DNA of 64,000 bases from an uncultured Calditrichaceae bacterium (GTDB lineage Bacteria > Calditrichota > Calditrichia > RBG-13-44-9), in contig CAYLYM010000005.1 of NCBI GenBank assembly GCA_964387645.1, positions 2,508 through 66,507 on the forward strand, read 5' to 3'. Positions 1 to 9,054 of the stretch are shown here, in pieces (the first letter of the stretch is position 1; every line of letters begins with the position of its first letter). The position numbers and the translations under genes are program-made. Under the pieces are notes generated by a model. The model saw only the letters and a list, made by a program, of their open reading frames with translations. It was not told the origin of the DNA and did no database searches.

Positions 1-91
1 CGGAGGTGACGATATCTGGTAAATAAGGCTTAAGAGCAACAATGAGATAGTGGTGGTCGTTGGAAGACTTTGATGGTAAAGGGTTTTTCAT
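1..91 (-). CDS. 5' end of an unidentified ORF running off the window start (N-terminus MKNPLPSKSSNDHHYLIVALKPYLPDIVTS...)
   Basis: ATG at 89-91 on the minus strand, open to the window edge; no recognisable motif. Confidence 0.2.
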   Translation of the reverse strand, partial: MKNPLPSKSSNDHHYLIVALKPYLPDIVTS

Positions 92-737
92 TATTGATTT
101 AAAATGCAGACATACATATTTTTAATTTTTAAATCGAAACCGAAATAACTCTGATGTTGCTTATTGTAAACTTGCATCTTGTCCTCATCTGGAATTTTGT
201 TAACTGAAAAGTTCATTTAAGTGAATTTAAGAAAATAGAAGATTCTTAAAAGATTAGGAGAGGAATAATATCAAGTTGTACAACCAGAGGCTATCACACA
301 GAGAGTTTATGACGTTTTTGAAGCATTGTCAACATGACAGTTCTGGTTTTAGCTCCACCTTTATCCAGCTTATTTGGATTGGGAAATTATTATAAAAAAC
401 ATCTCTTTTTAATTTTTATAGCAATAATGTTAGAAAGATCATTGTTAGCTATGGAAACTGAACATGTTTCTTTCATTACAACCCCAATACTCCTATCCCA
501 ATTTAAACAAGAGTTTGAAAAAATTCCTTAAATTTGCCAATACTGTTTTTATTAAATTTAATTCAATTTAGTGTTCAAAATAGATTAATAAAATATGTAA
601 AAGAAGGAAGAGAGATTTTAGCTTTAATATGAAGAGTAAGGACATTTTTTAATAATAAATAAGAATCTCGGGGATTTTAAATGGTTTTGCTTTGTCCGTC
701 GATGTTTATTACTTTTAATTGAAAAAGGTTGGTGTTT

Positions 738-1541
738 ATGAAGTGGGGTATTACCTGTTTTTTTGAAAATCGTAAGGATTTTGAACTGGTAATCGATATG
801 GCTCCTCGATATCCGTTAAAATATTTAGAAATTCGAGGAGAACGACCATTTTTCTCGCCGGATGATTTACAAAAAGAAGATGTAAAATTTTTCCAGGATG
901 TTATTCAAGCTGCTGGATTAAAAATTACTCTGCATGCCACTTTTTTTGACGTGAACCTTTCCACCTTTAATTCTTATTTAAGGAAAGCGGTAATGGATTG
1001 TTATCGAAAGTATTTAGATCTGGGTGAGATGATCCAAGCGGAGATCATGGTAGTTCATGCTGGTCAAATTCACCGTGATGCTGCAACATGTGTCGGGCTT
1101 TTAAATCTTGCCAGAAATAATCTTATCGAAAATCTAATTGAATTGGGGGATTACGGAGAGAAAAGAGGAATTAAGATCGGACTTGAAAATTCTCCACCCA
1201 ATCCTCACCGGCTCATGGTATACGACTGGCAAAGCCATGTGGATATTTTGCGAGCAGTAAATCATAAAAATGTTGGTGCAGTTCTGGATATGGCTCATGC
1301 TTTTCTGCACGGATTGTCGCTTCAAAAATATTATGAAGAAATAAAAAAATACTTAATAGAAATCCATGCACATAATAATGATGGACAAACCGATTTACAC
1401 CAAAGTATGCAAAGGGGAAAAATAGATTACTCAGGTTTTTTTAAAACTAACCGGGTGAATGTTCCTGTGATAATGGAAATCAGGAACATTAAGGAGGCAA
1501 GAGAAAGTTTGGAATGGATTAAACAATTTGATCATGTATGA
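738..1541 (+). CDS. sugar phosphate isomerase/epimerase (xylose-isomerase-like TIM barrel, AP endonuclease family 2 fold)
   Basis: Listed ORF 729..1541 begins with TTG; ATG at 738 follows AAAGG with a 9-nt spacer. The 270-aa product has the pattern typical of PF01261-like TIM barrels (…VHAGQ…, GLENSP…, HAHNNDG). Confidence 0.5.
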   Translation: MKWGITCFFENRKDFELVIDMAPRYPLKYLEIRGERPFFSPDDLQKEDVKFFQDVIQAAGLKITLHATFFDVNLSTFNSYLRKAVMDCYRKYLDLGEMIQAEIMVVHAGQIHRDAATCVGLLNLARNNLIENLIELGDYGEKRGIKIGLENSPPNPHRLMVYDWQSHVDILRAVNHKNVGAVLDMAHAFLHGLSLQKYYEEIKKYLIEIHAHNNDGQTDLHQSMQRGKIDYSGFFKTNRVNVPVIMEIRNIKEARESLEWIKQFDHV

Positions 1542-2227
1542 TATTTGTTGGCATAGATCCTTCAGCCGGGGAGAGAAATCCCTCTGGTATTTGTTTCATG
1601 GATAAATCTTTTCGGATAATTTTAATCAATAAATGGTGGACTCTTAATGATTTAGATGCGATTCTCAAACCGCTGTCAAACAGAATCAGATTTATTGGAA
1701 TCGATGGTCCTCTACAGCCGCCCCATGAATTGGATTACTGTTGTTTTAAAGATTCGGTTTTACCTTGCCATCATAAACAAACCACACCTTTTAAAGGACG
1801 TTATTGTGAAAAAATACTAAATCAGTTTGGTTTTAGATGTTTTGTAACATCTAAGAATAGTTTTGCAAAAATTTGGATTAAGCGATGTTTTGAAATCGAT
1901 CACCATCTTCGAAGTGAGGGATATTTAACGCTTGAAGTTTATCCAACCGCTGTGCGCAAAATTTTATTCCCCGAATTGAAAGGTAAGAAAAAAAGTTTAA
2001 ACTTTCGTAAACATTTGCAAAAATTAATTGAAGAATCAGGTATTCAAATTCCACAAAATAAAAGAGTGTATTCTGATGATGAGCTGGATGCAGTATTGGC
2101 AGCCTATACAGTAGTATTACATGAGCAAAAAAAAACAATTGTGATTGGCGACGAAAAAGATGGTTTTATTATTCTTCCGAAAACAGAAAAGATTCCCATT
2201 CAGTATGTAAAACCTCATTTTCTTTAA
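1538..2227 (+). CDS. DUF429-like (RNase-H-fold) protein, hypothetical
   Basis: ATGA overlap with the upstream gene (translational coupling); N-terminus MIFVGIDPSAG… resembles DUF429-family N-termini; assignment from memory. Confidence 0.35.
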   Translation: MIFVGIDPSAGERNPSGICFMDKSFRIILINKWWTLNDLDAILKPLSNRIRFIGIDGPLQPPHELDYCCFKDSVLPCHHKQTTPFKGRYCEKILNQFGFRCFVTSKNSFAKIWIKRCFEIDHHLRSEGYLTLEVYPTAVRKILFPELKGKKKSLNFRKHLQKLIEESGIQIPQNKRVYSDDELDAVLAAYTVVLHEQKKTIVIGDEKDGFIILPKTEKIPIQYVKPHFL

Positions 2228-2321
2228 AACATTACCGGGTCAAATTTAATAATGTTGACATAAATTTATCAATCGTTTAAATTGATAATTTAAAAAATTA
2301 AGAATATTGGAGGACGGATCC

Positions 2322-4169
2322 TTGAATATTAAAATTCTTACGGTTATTTTAGTTTGTTTTTTGTTTATTTCTCTGCCGGTATATTCTCAAACAAGCGACA
2401 AAGTTCTATTTGATCAGGGACTGCAATTGTATAAGAATAAAAATTTTGAGGCAGCCCAGAACACCTTTTTAAAAATTTTAAAAAATTACCCCAACTCTCG
2501 TTTAATAACAGTTACCAAATTAATGTTAGCGAAATCCTATTATATGCAAAAGGATTATCATTCAGCCTTTATAGTGTGTGATAATTTTTTACAAGTTCAT
2601 AAAAATAGCAGTTATGTTGATGATATTCATTTTTTACGTGGAAAGATTTATTTTCGCCAGAACCAGTACATGCAAGCAGTGGAAGAATGGTTGAATGTTA
2701 TTTATGGCGATGGTGATTTAAGATTAAAAAGACAGGCTGGAAATTTTGTATTCCATACTATGTTAAATTATTTAAACAATAAAGAGTTAACAGCTTTACA
2801 GAAAAAGTATAATGATGAACCACTAAGAGGTCTTATTACTATTGTCCATGCCCAACATTTGATTCAGGAAGGTAATGAACGGGAAGGATATCGAAAATTA
2901 CAATTGTTTTTAGAAAAGTCACCTTATCATTTATATGGAGATATTGCTCGAAGAATACTTGAAGGATCTTCGGGTGCAAATGTAGCTGGAAATACGATTC
3001 TCATTCTAAAATCCCGTCAACAGGAAATGAAAGATATTGCTGAAGCCATTACCAAGGGTGTTTATTATGCTGCCTATGAAATGAGTATCCGTGAACCGCA
3101 AAAAAATATTAGTGTGGATTCAATAGCAATTGAAGGCGGTGTTCTCTCGGCAGCGCAAGTCACTTTAACTGCTTTAAAGAAGAAAACCCCTTTGGTTGTT
3201 GTTGGAGCATTAGGAAATGAAGAAACAGCTGCATTAGCTCTTCTTTCTCGGTATGAACATTTTCCTTTTGTATCGCCATTAAGTTCTCAAACAGGTTTGG
3301 CTGCTATCAGTCCTTACACTTTCCAGATCAACCCAGACGCCGAGATTAAAGGGCGAGTACTTGCCGAATATGCCATTAATGAGCTTGGTGCAAAAACATT
3401 TGCAATATTAGCTCCGGCTGATCTGTATGGACAGCGAATTTCGAGTAGTTTTGAAGAAACCATACTTGAAAATGGTGGCGAGATTGTAGAAAAACAATGG
3501 TACTATGAAAATACACAGGACTTTTCTAGACAATTGAAGGCAATTAGAAAAAAAGGTTTTTATATAACTTTTCGTGATTCAGTCAAAGCAGCCGATTCGA
3601 CTTTAACAGAGGAAGAGATAAAAAACAAATTTAAAGAATATCTAACTGAAGTATTGTTTTCCGATGAAAATACGCGCGGAAAAATAGACTCAACTCAAGT
3701 CCCTTCAACTGGCATAGATGCAGTGTTTATGGCCATTTACCCAAGCGATATCCCATATATTGCGCCACAATTTGCTTTTTATAATATTCAAACTAAACTT
3801 TTAGGAAATGAAGGATGGAATGATCCAGTTCAATTAAAACAAAATCAAATTTATTTAGATGGTCTTATTTATATAACATCTGGATACATCGATTTTGAAT
3901 CTTGGAATTATAAAGAATTTCAAAGCCGGTTCAGACAGAAAATGCATACTACACCCACATTATATCATCTTTTAGGTTATGATATAGGGAAATGGATGAT
4001 TTCAGGTTATCAACCAGGCATGACTCGGCAAGATTTTTGTGATAAGCTTGAGAATAGTCCAAGATTCCAGGGAATTATGGAACGTATTCATTTTGGAGAC
4101 AAACCCAGGGTAAATTCCGAGCTGAATATAATTCATTTCTATCTTGGAGAGTTCATAAAAGTCCGATAA
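2322..4169 (+). CDS. LpoA-like lipoprotein: N-terminal TPR repeats plus periplasmic-binding-protein type 1 (LivK-like) domain
   Basis: GGAGG at 2309-2313, then TTG at 2322 in frame (the listed ORF starts at 2307 inside the RBS). Signal peptide NIKILTVILVCFLFISLPVYSQ; TPR-like repeats at residues ~30-140; C-terminal half is PBP1-like (LVVVGALGNEETAALALL…, AKTFAILAPADLYGQ). Confidence 0.45.
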   Translation: MNIKILTVILVCFLFISLPVYSQTSDKVLFDQGLQLYKNKNFEAAQNTFLKILKNYPNSRLITVTKLMLAKSYYMQKDYHSAFIVCDNFLQVHKNSSYVDDIHFLRGKIYFRQNQYMQAVEEWLNVIYGDGDLRLKRQAGNFVFHTMLNYLNNKELTALQKKYNDEPLRGLITIVHAQHLIQEGNEREGYRKLQLFLEKSPYHLYGDIARRILEGSSGANVAGNTILILKSRQQEMKDIAEAITKGVYYAAYEMSIREPQKNISVDSIAIEGGVLSAAQVTLTALKKKTPLVVVGALGNEETAALALLSRYEHFPFVSPLSSQTGLAAISPYTFQINPDAEIKGRVLAEYAINELGAKTFAILAPADLYGQRISSSFEETILENGGEIVEKQWYYENTQDFSRQLKAIRKKGFYITFRDSVKAADSTLTEEEIKNKFKEYLTEVLFSDENTRGKIDSTQVPSTGIDAVFMAIYPSDIPYIAPQFAFYNIQTKLLGNEGWNDPVQLKQNQIYLDGLIYITSGYIDFESWNYKEFQSRFRQKMHTTPTLYHLLGYDIGKWMISGYQPGMTRQDFCDKLENSPRFQGIMERIHFGDKPRVNSELNIIHFYLGEFIKVR

Positions 4170-4190
4170 TCTCAATTTATAGACCCAAAA

Positions 4191-4448
4191 ATGATTTGTC
4201 AACTTTGTGGAAGAGATGTTGAGAAATGTACTAAACATCATCTTATTCCCAAATCGCAAAATAGTGAAAAATCGGAATTAGCCTACCTCTGTTCCGTTTG
4301 TCATCAAATGTTAAATCATTTATTTTCTAATAAACAGTTATCCAGTAAATTGAATTCTATTGAAGAGCTTAAAAGTCATCCGAAAATAAGAAAATTTTTA
4401 AAATGGGTTCGAAAACAAGATCCAAATAAAAGAATAAAAATCAAATGA
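4191..4448 (+). CDS. small HNH-motif nuclease-like protein (85 aa)
   Basis: CxxR…C…HHLIP…C..CH…H spacing typical of an HNH/zinc-finger nuclease core. Confidence 0.45.
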   Translation: MICQLCGRDVEKCTKHHLIPKSQNSEKSELAYLCSVCHQMLNHLFSNKQLSSKLNSIEELKSHPKIRKFLKWVRKQDPNKRIKIK

Positions 4449-4463
4449 AAATTTTGCTTAAAT

Positions 4464-5084
4464 TTATCCCAGTTTTACACACCAGATAATATCTGCATAG
4501 TTGGTTATGTTATCCTGAATATTGAGTCGAACGACTTTTTGTAAATCAAAATGATCTAAATAATTGAAAATAATATTTCTTAGCCAGTATAGTTCTGCTT
4601 TAAGTTTCCAGTGGTCACCATCACGCTGATAAAATACAACAAATATGTGATTATTCAGAGGATGTAGATTGGATTTTCGAATTCTTCTATATAGCCAATA
4701 TAACAATTCTTCTTTATGAAGTAAAGCATAACGTAGCGTTCTGGCAAACTGGTTTGGATAAACTTGAGATCTTATTTTAAAATTTATTTCTTGTATAGTA
4801 ATTGTTTCTATTTCATTGTAATGATTGTAATTAGGTGTAACAATCTCATGATTAGTAAAAATGAGATATAACCCTTTGTCGCACCAATAATTATACCAGC
4901 GATTTATGGCATATTGTCGAAGGTCTTCTGATAATTTTTCCGTCTTTTCAATAATTTCATCAAAATTATAATTTGAATAGATAAAATTGGATTTTGCATC
5001 AAGATATGCGTCATACTTGTAATGCCAGGTATGTGGTAAAAGGTACCTTTTTCTTAACTCTTTCTGAAGTTTTAAGATATCCAT
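4464..5084 (-). CDS. hypothetical protein (206 aa), convergent with the HNH gene
   Basis: Intact ORF; no motif I can name. Aromatic/Asn-rich. Confidence 0.4.
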   Translation of the reverse strand: MDILKLQKELRKRYLLPHTWHYKYDAYLDAKSNFIYSNYNFDEIIEKTEKLSEDLRQYAINRWYNYWCDKGLYLIFTNHEIVTPNYNHYNEIETITIQEINFKIRSQVYPNQFARTLRYALLHKEELLYWLYRRIRKSNLHPLNNHIFVVFYQRDGDHWKLKAELYWLRNIIFNYLDHFDLQKVVRLNIQDNITNYADIIWCVKLG

Positions 5085-5502
5085 CTTTTAAGTCCTTTTA
5101 CATTTTTATGAAAACAATTTTTTTGATTGAATAAATAGAACACCTGAAAAATTCAGATAATTTAATTAAAGAAAAAGGTATTTAATAAAGACTGTGCATG
5201 TCACAAAAATTACAGTTTGTTTTTAAATTATTAGTATTTTTTATAAAAAAATATAAAAAACATATCAAAAAGGAGGTAAATGAGGGAGAAAAAGATTCTA
5301 CATAGTACTAAGCGGATTAGAATATGCCGATTTTCGTGTATTCATTAAAAAATATCTAGTTCTTACAATTTAGTTCAAATATTGGAGTAAATTTATTAAT
5401 TGGCTTAAAAAGGTTGTAAATGATTTTTGTATTGATGTCAATAAAATTCTATTTTTCGCATAGAAAATTATTCAATGAGTTCAGAGTGTTTTAGAATAAA
5501 AC

Positions 5503-5922
5503 ATGCACGAAATAATCAATAGAGATGTTAAGAAGATTCTGAGAGAATATCAAAAAATTGCTGTTGTAGGTATTTCGGACAAAAATTACCGTGATTCCTT
5601 TAATGTTGCCAGCTTTATGCAGAGCAAAGGTTATCATATTATTCCGGTAATTCCCAGGTTGGATAATGTTCTTGGAGAAAGATGTTATCCGTCCTTGCGA
5701 GACATACCTGAGGAAGTGGGTCTGGTGGATATTTTCAGAAGATCTGAGTTTGTTGAGCATATAGTAGACGAAGCCATCGAAATTGGTGCCAAAGCTGTTT
5801 GGATGTAACTGGGCGTGATTAATTCAGCAGCAGCTCAAAAAGCAATTAAAGCAGGGTTGTCGGTGGTTATGAACAGATGTTGGAAAATTGAATATATGCA
5901 CTACGAAATGTTAAAGACCTGA
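5503..5922 (+). pseudogene. CoA-binding domain protein (YccU-like) interrupted by an in-frame TAA at 5806-5808
   Basis: 5503..5805 encodes …AVVGISDKNYRDSFNVA…HIIPV…GAKAVWM. After TAA the same frame continues to TGA at 5920-5922 as LGVINSAAAQKAIKAGLSVVMNRCWKIEY, the conserved C-terminus of this family. Combined length is 139 aa, a normal size. The stop sits where Gln (CAA) is expected. Confidence 0.6.
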
Positions 5923-6310
5923 TTTTTTAAGAAAGTTAATTGAAACAAGGATGTCGGTTATGATTCCTTATACATTGTTAAAGTTTAATAGCATTTTCAA
6001 ATTGCTTATAATTTGGAATTGCATTATTAAATTGTATAGTATTTTTTCTAGAAATACTCTCCTTGAATAATTGTTGATGCCAGCCAATAGATCACTTCAT
6101 AAAAAAGTTTATTTATATTTGTAACGTTTCGACAATTTAATGCATTAAAAAAATAGTTTAATGTGCTAAAGAAGCGAACTAGTCAATAATGAATTATATA
6201 AGGTTGAATAATTAATATTCGTTCTGAATTTTACCAATTAGAGGCCGGTTATAAAAAATACTACTCAAGTTTATAAGAATTGTTTATAATGAAATATTGA
6301 GGGACTGGTT

Positions 6311-6457
6311 ATGCCGCTATACAAATATCGTTGCCTTAAGTGCGATGAAAAGTTTGAAAAATTGGTTCCGTATGCTCAAAGCGATGATATAGAGTGTCCG
6401 AATTGTGGAAGTAAGCAAAAAAGAAACTTATCTCAACATCTGCTACAATTTGTGTAA
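6311..6457 (+). CDS. FmdB-family zinc-ribbon protein (48 aa)
   Basis: MPLYKYRCLKCDEKFE…ECPNCGS: N-terminal xYxYxC..C plus a second CxxC. Paralog of the 8783..9040 gene. Below the ORF-track size cutoff. Confidence 0.5.
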   Translation: MPLYKYRCLKCDEKFEKLVPYAQSDDIECPNCGSKQKRNLSQHLLQFV

Positions 6458-6563
6458 GCAACCACAGTAGCAGTTCCTCAATATCTTCATGCACTTCGAG
6501 TAATATTTCTTTTAGAGAAGCTTGAGTTTCTGGGCGACAGTTTGCTGCCTTTTTGATTTTTTT

Positions 6564-8483
6564 TCAATATTTCCAGATAAGTGAAATGCCTATCTCTTGA
6601 ACGTGGTTAGTATCAAAACTATTAAGACCAGATCCAATCGAGATTAAGTCTGGATAATATCGATATAGATATTTGATATCAAGTTGTAAAATTTCTTTAA
6701 TTTTCCAGCGGAGCAACATCAGCCATTTTTGCCCCCTATGATTTAGCAAAGATGTTCGAAAAGTTCCAGGTAGATCAGGTTCATATTCGAATATTCTTAA
6801 ATTATAATCAGGAATGTCAAAGTTTGTCCAACGACTTAATATTTGACAATTTTTTTTAAATTGTATTTCTATCTGATGATAAATTCCGGTTCCATAAAAT
6901 TTATCTACTCCTTGCAGAGGATATGCCCATCGAATATCAAGCGAATTTTGAAATTTAATTTTGGAACTCAACTTGGAGTAATAAACCAGCCGAAGAGATC
7001 GAATTGATTTTTCAAGTACAGCAACATTTTCGAGATCATTTTTACGATATCGCTGATGAAATTGTAATCTAATCGTTTGTCCAGAGAATCTTTTGCGAAT
7101 TTCTACATGGTAATCTTTATATAAAAACGGCTCGATTTGGCTATTATATAGGTCACGGTATAGATGGACATACCCAGATATATTTGTTTTTCTATGAAGA
7201 TTATAATTAATTAGCAAAGCGATACCTGTTTTATTAATTGGGATATCACTAAGTGTTCCAAAGGCCCTCCCATAGAGAGCAAAATATTGTGGGTGGTAAT
7301 AATAAGTAACAATTTCATATTTCATTTTTTTTCCGAATAAATAGAGGAAATTCTGAAAAGCTGGGAATTTAGACTGGAAAAAACTCACCTCAGAGGTAAT
7401 TCGTATGCTTTTTGTATTCCATGAACCTGCAATGCCAATATGATGTTGTTTCTTACTAAATTCTTTATAAGGTTTATCGAAATTTGATACTATGGCATTT
7501 AATTGGAGATGCAGAGGGCCACTTCGAAAGGACAAGAGTGCTCCTGACAGTATGGATTTCCATAACCCTTTTTTTTGTCTTTCGTTTGATGTTCGGTGCA
7601 GACCCGAAGAATAAATGTTTCGAATTCGGCTACTATCTTTAGAAAGCGTAACATCCAAGTGTCGAGTAGAGTAGAATAAATAAAATTGGGTTTTAGTTGA
7701 TAATATCTTTGAGATTGTGACTCCTCGCAAAAAACTAAATTCATTGCTCGATCGGTTTTCAAATTCTGGTATGTTGAATCCATTTGAGAAAGGCATAACA
7801 GAAGCTGTTAAAGGTAATCCATATGCCGACCATAGCATTAGGCCACATCCGATCCGCATTTGATAATCGCCAATTAAAAGGGAAAAATTGTGATTTAAAT
7901 TTTGGTATTTGAAATGGTAGGTCTGATAATCGAAATAATCTTTTTCTCCATTATCTTTTTCTACCAGAAAGCCCCCAGAGAAAGAAGAATTGCTATTAAA
8001 TAATAAACGATGTTGCCAGTAAAATGGCTTTGAAAAAACATGTTCGTAAAATCCTCGCCGTTTAGGAAATTCCTTGCGAAGGCGAAAGCGATAAATAACA
8101 TGTCCCTTCTTAGAAATGGGTTTTACGGTTACAAAAGGAATAAGGGCTTCATAAAGTTCTTCAGTCATACCTTGAATTGAAAGTAATTCTGTAATATGAT
8201 TAAATCCGTTATGTAAAGAACGAAAATCTATTATTTCTTGAGCGACATGGTTGGGGACAAAAGGGATGCGTTTAAAATCTTCGAGAGTAGCTTTGTTTAA
8301 ATCAAGAGGATTTTCCATTAATTCCCAGAGGTATTCGACCAATTCGAAGTTCTCACCTTCTTCATCTTCAATTTGTTCTAAAATTGTTTCTAAGAATTGA
8401 TTTTCTTGTGCAAATGTCCATTGGAAATGAAAAAGCAAGTTCCAGAGCAGAGTCACACAAAGGATAAAACATATTTTTCTCAT
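6564..8483 (-). CDS. predicted outer-membrane beta-barrel protein with N-terminal ComEA-like helix-hairpin-helix DNA-binding domain
   Basis: Signal peptide MRKICFILCVTLLWNLLF…AQ. Residues ~55-120 (LDLNKATLEDFKRIPFVPNHVAQEIIDFR…IQGMTEELYEALIPFVTV) match the ComEA HhH pattern. The remaining ~500 aa are beta-rich with alternating hydrophobics and end in …LIWKY (aromatic C-terminus). Confidence 0.5.
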   Translation of the reverse strand: MRKICFILCVTLLWNLLFHFQWTFAQENQFLETILEQIEDEEGENFELVEYLWELMENPLDLNKATLEDFKRIPFVPNHVAQEIIDFRSLHNGFNHITELLSIQGMTEELYEALIPFVTVKPISKKGHVIYRFRLRKEFPKRRGFYEHVFSKPFYWQHRLLFNSNSSFSGGFLVEKDNGEKDYFDYQTYHFKYQNLNHNFSLLIGDYQMRIGCGLMLWSAYGLPLTASVMPFSNGFNIPEFENRSSNEFSFLRGVTISKILSTKTQFYLFYSTRHLDVTLSKDSSRIRNIYSSGLHRTSNERQKKGLWKSILSGALLSFRSGPLHLQLNAIVSNFDKPYKEFSKKQHHIGIAGSWNTKSIRITSEVSFFQSKFPAFQNFLYLFGKKMKYEIVTYYYHPQYFALYGRAFGTLSDIPINKTGIALLINYNLHRKTNISGYVHLYRDLYNSQIEPFLYKDYHVEIRKRFSGQTIRLQFHQRYRKNDLENVAVLEKSIRSLRLVYYSKLSSKIKFQNSLDIRWAYPLQGVDKFYGTGIYHQIEIQFKKNCQILSRWTNFDIPDYNLRIFEYEPDLPGTFRTSLLNHRGQKWLMLLRWKIKEILQLDIKYLYRYYPDLISIGSGLNSFDTNHVQEIGISLIWKY

Positions 8484-8782
8484 ATTAAGTTTTTATTTAT
8501 GATGATGTTTGAAAGATGTTTCTGTACTAATCTGGAAAGAATATAAATTTTTGGGGTGAAAAATTCAAGATGATGTACTTAATAATCAAAAGTATTTATT
8601 TTATAAGTAAAGAAGAGTTTTCAACATAGATGAAAGTTTTAGAATTTTTCCAATAAAAGGATATTAGGCAATTTTAATTTTTTTTGAAACAATAAAACCG
8701 TTATTTAATTCAAGTTATCGGTTTTTTATTCTCGGGTAGCAGTTGTGCATTGTTATTTGTTATTCAATGAGATAATATAAGA

Positions 8783-9040
8783 TCAGGGCTTTTCCTTCGT
8801 GTTTTCTTTATTTTTGGACTTTTTATTATTTTTTGAAGATGTATGTCCCGTAAAGTTTTTGTTCTTATAATCAGTAATGTAAAAACCTGAACCTTTAAAA
8901 ATCAAACCTGAGCCGCCAGTAATTACTCGTTCTAATTTGCCTCCACAAGAAGGACAAACTTCTAAGGGCTTATCAATAATACTCTGGAAATATTCGAATT
9001 GGTTACGGCATTTTTTACAACGATATGTATAAGTCGGCAC
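8783..9040 (-). CDS. FmdB-family zinc-ribbon protein
   Basis: MPTYTYRCKKCRNQFE…CPSCGG followed by a Gly/Lys-rich tail. Confidence 0.6.
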   Translation of the reverse strand: MPTYTYRCKKCRNQFEYFQSIIDKPLEVCPSCGGKLERVITGGSGLIFKGSGFYITDYKNKNFTGHTSSKNNKKSKNKENTKEKP

Positions 9041-9054
9041 TATTCATTTCTCCC

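Noticed and set aside
334-531. 65-aa ORF in the AT-rich leader at the window start
   Set aside because: No RBS, low-complexity hydrophobic sequence, and it lies in what looks like a promoter region for the TIM-barrel gene. Probably spurious
5491-5760. Antisense ORFs embedded in confidently called genes (5491..5760, 22352..22645, 25317..25978, 35008..35311, 57239..57917 and others)
   Set aside because: They overlap well-supported conserved genes on the opposite strand and have no RBS or homology. These are typical shadow ORFs
8690-8735. Hairpin aaaaccg…cggtttt downstream of the minus-strand FmdB gene
   Set aside because: Short 6-7 bp stem with an 18-nt loop and a weak T-tract on the relevant strand. 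Not convincing as a terminator
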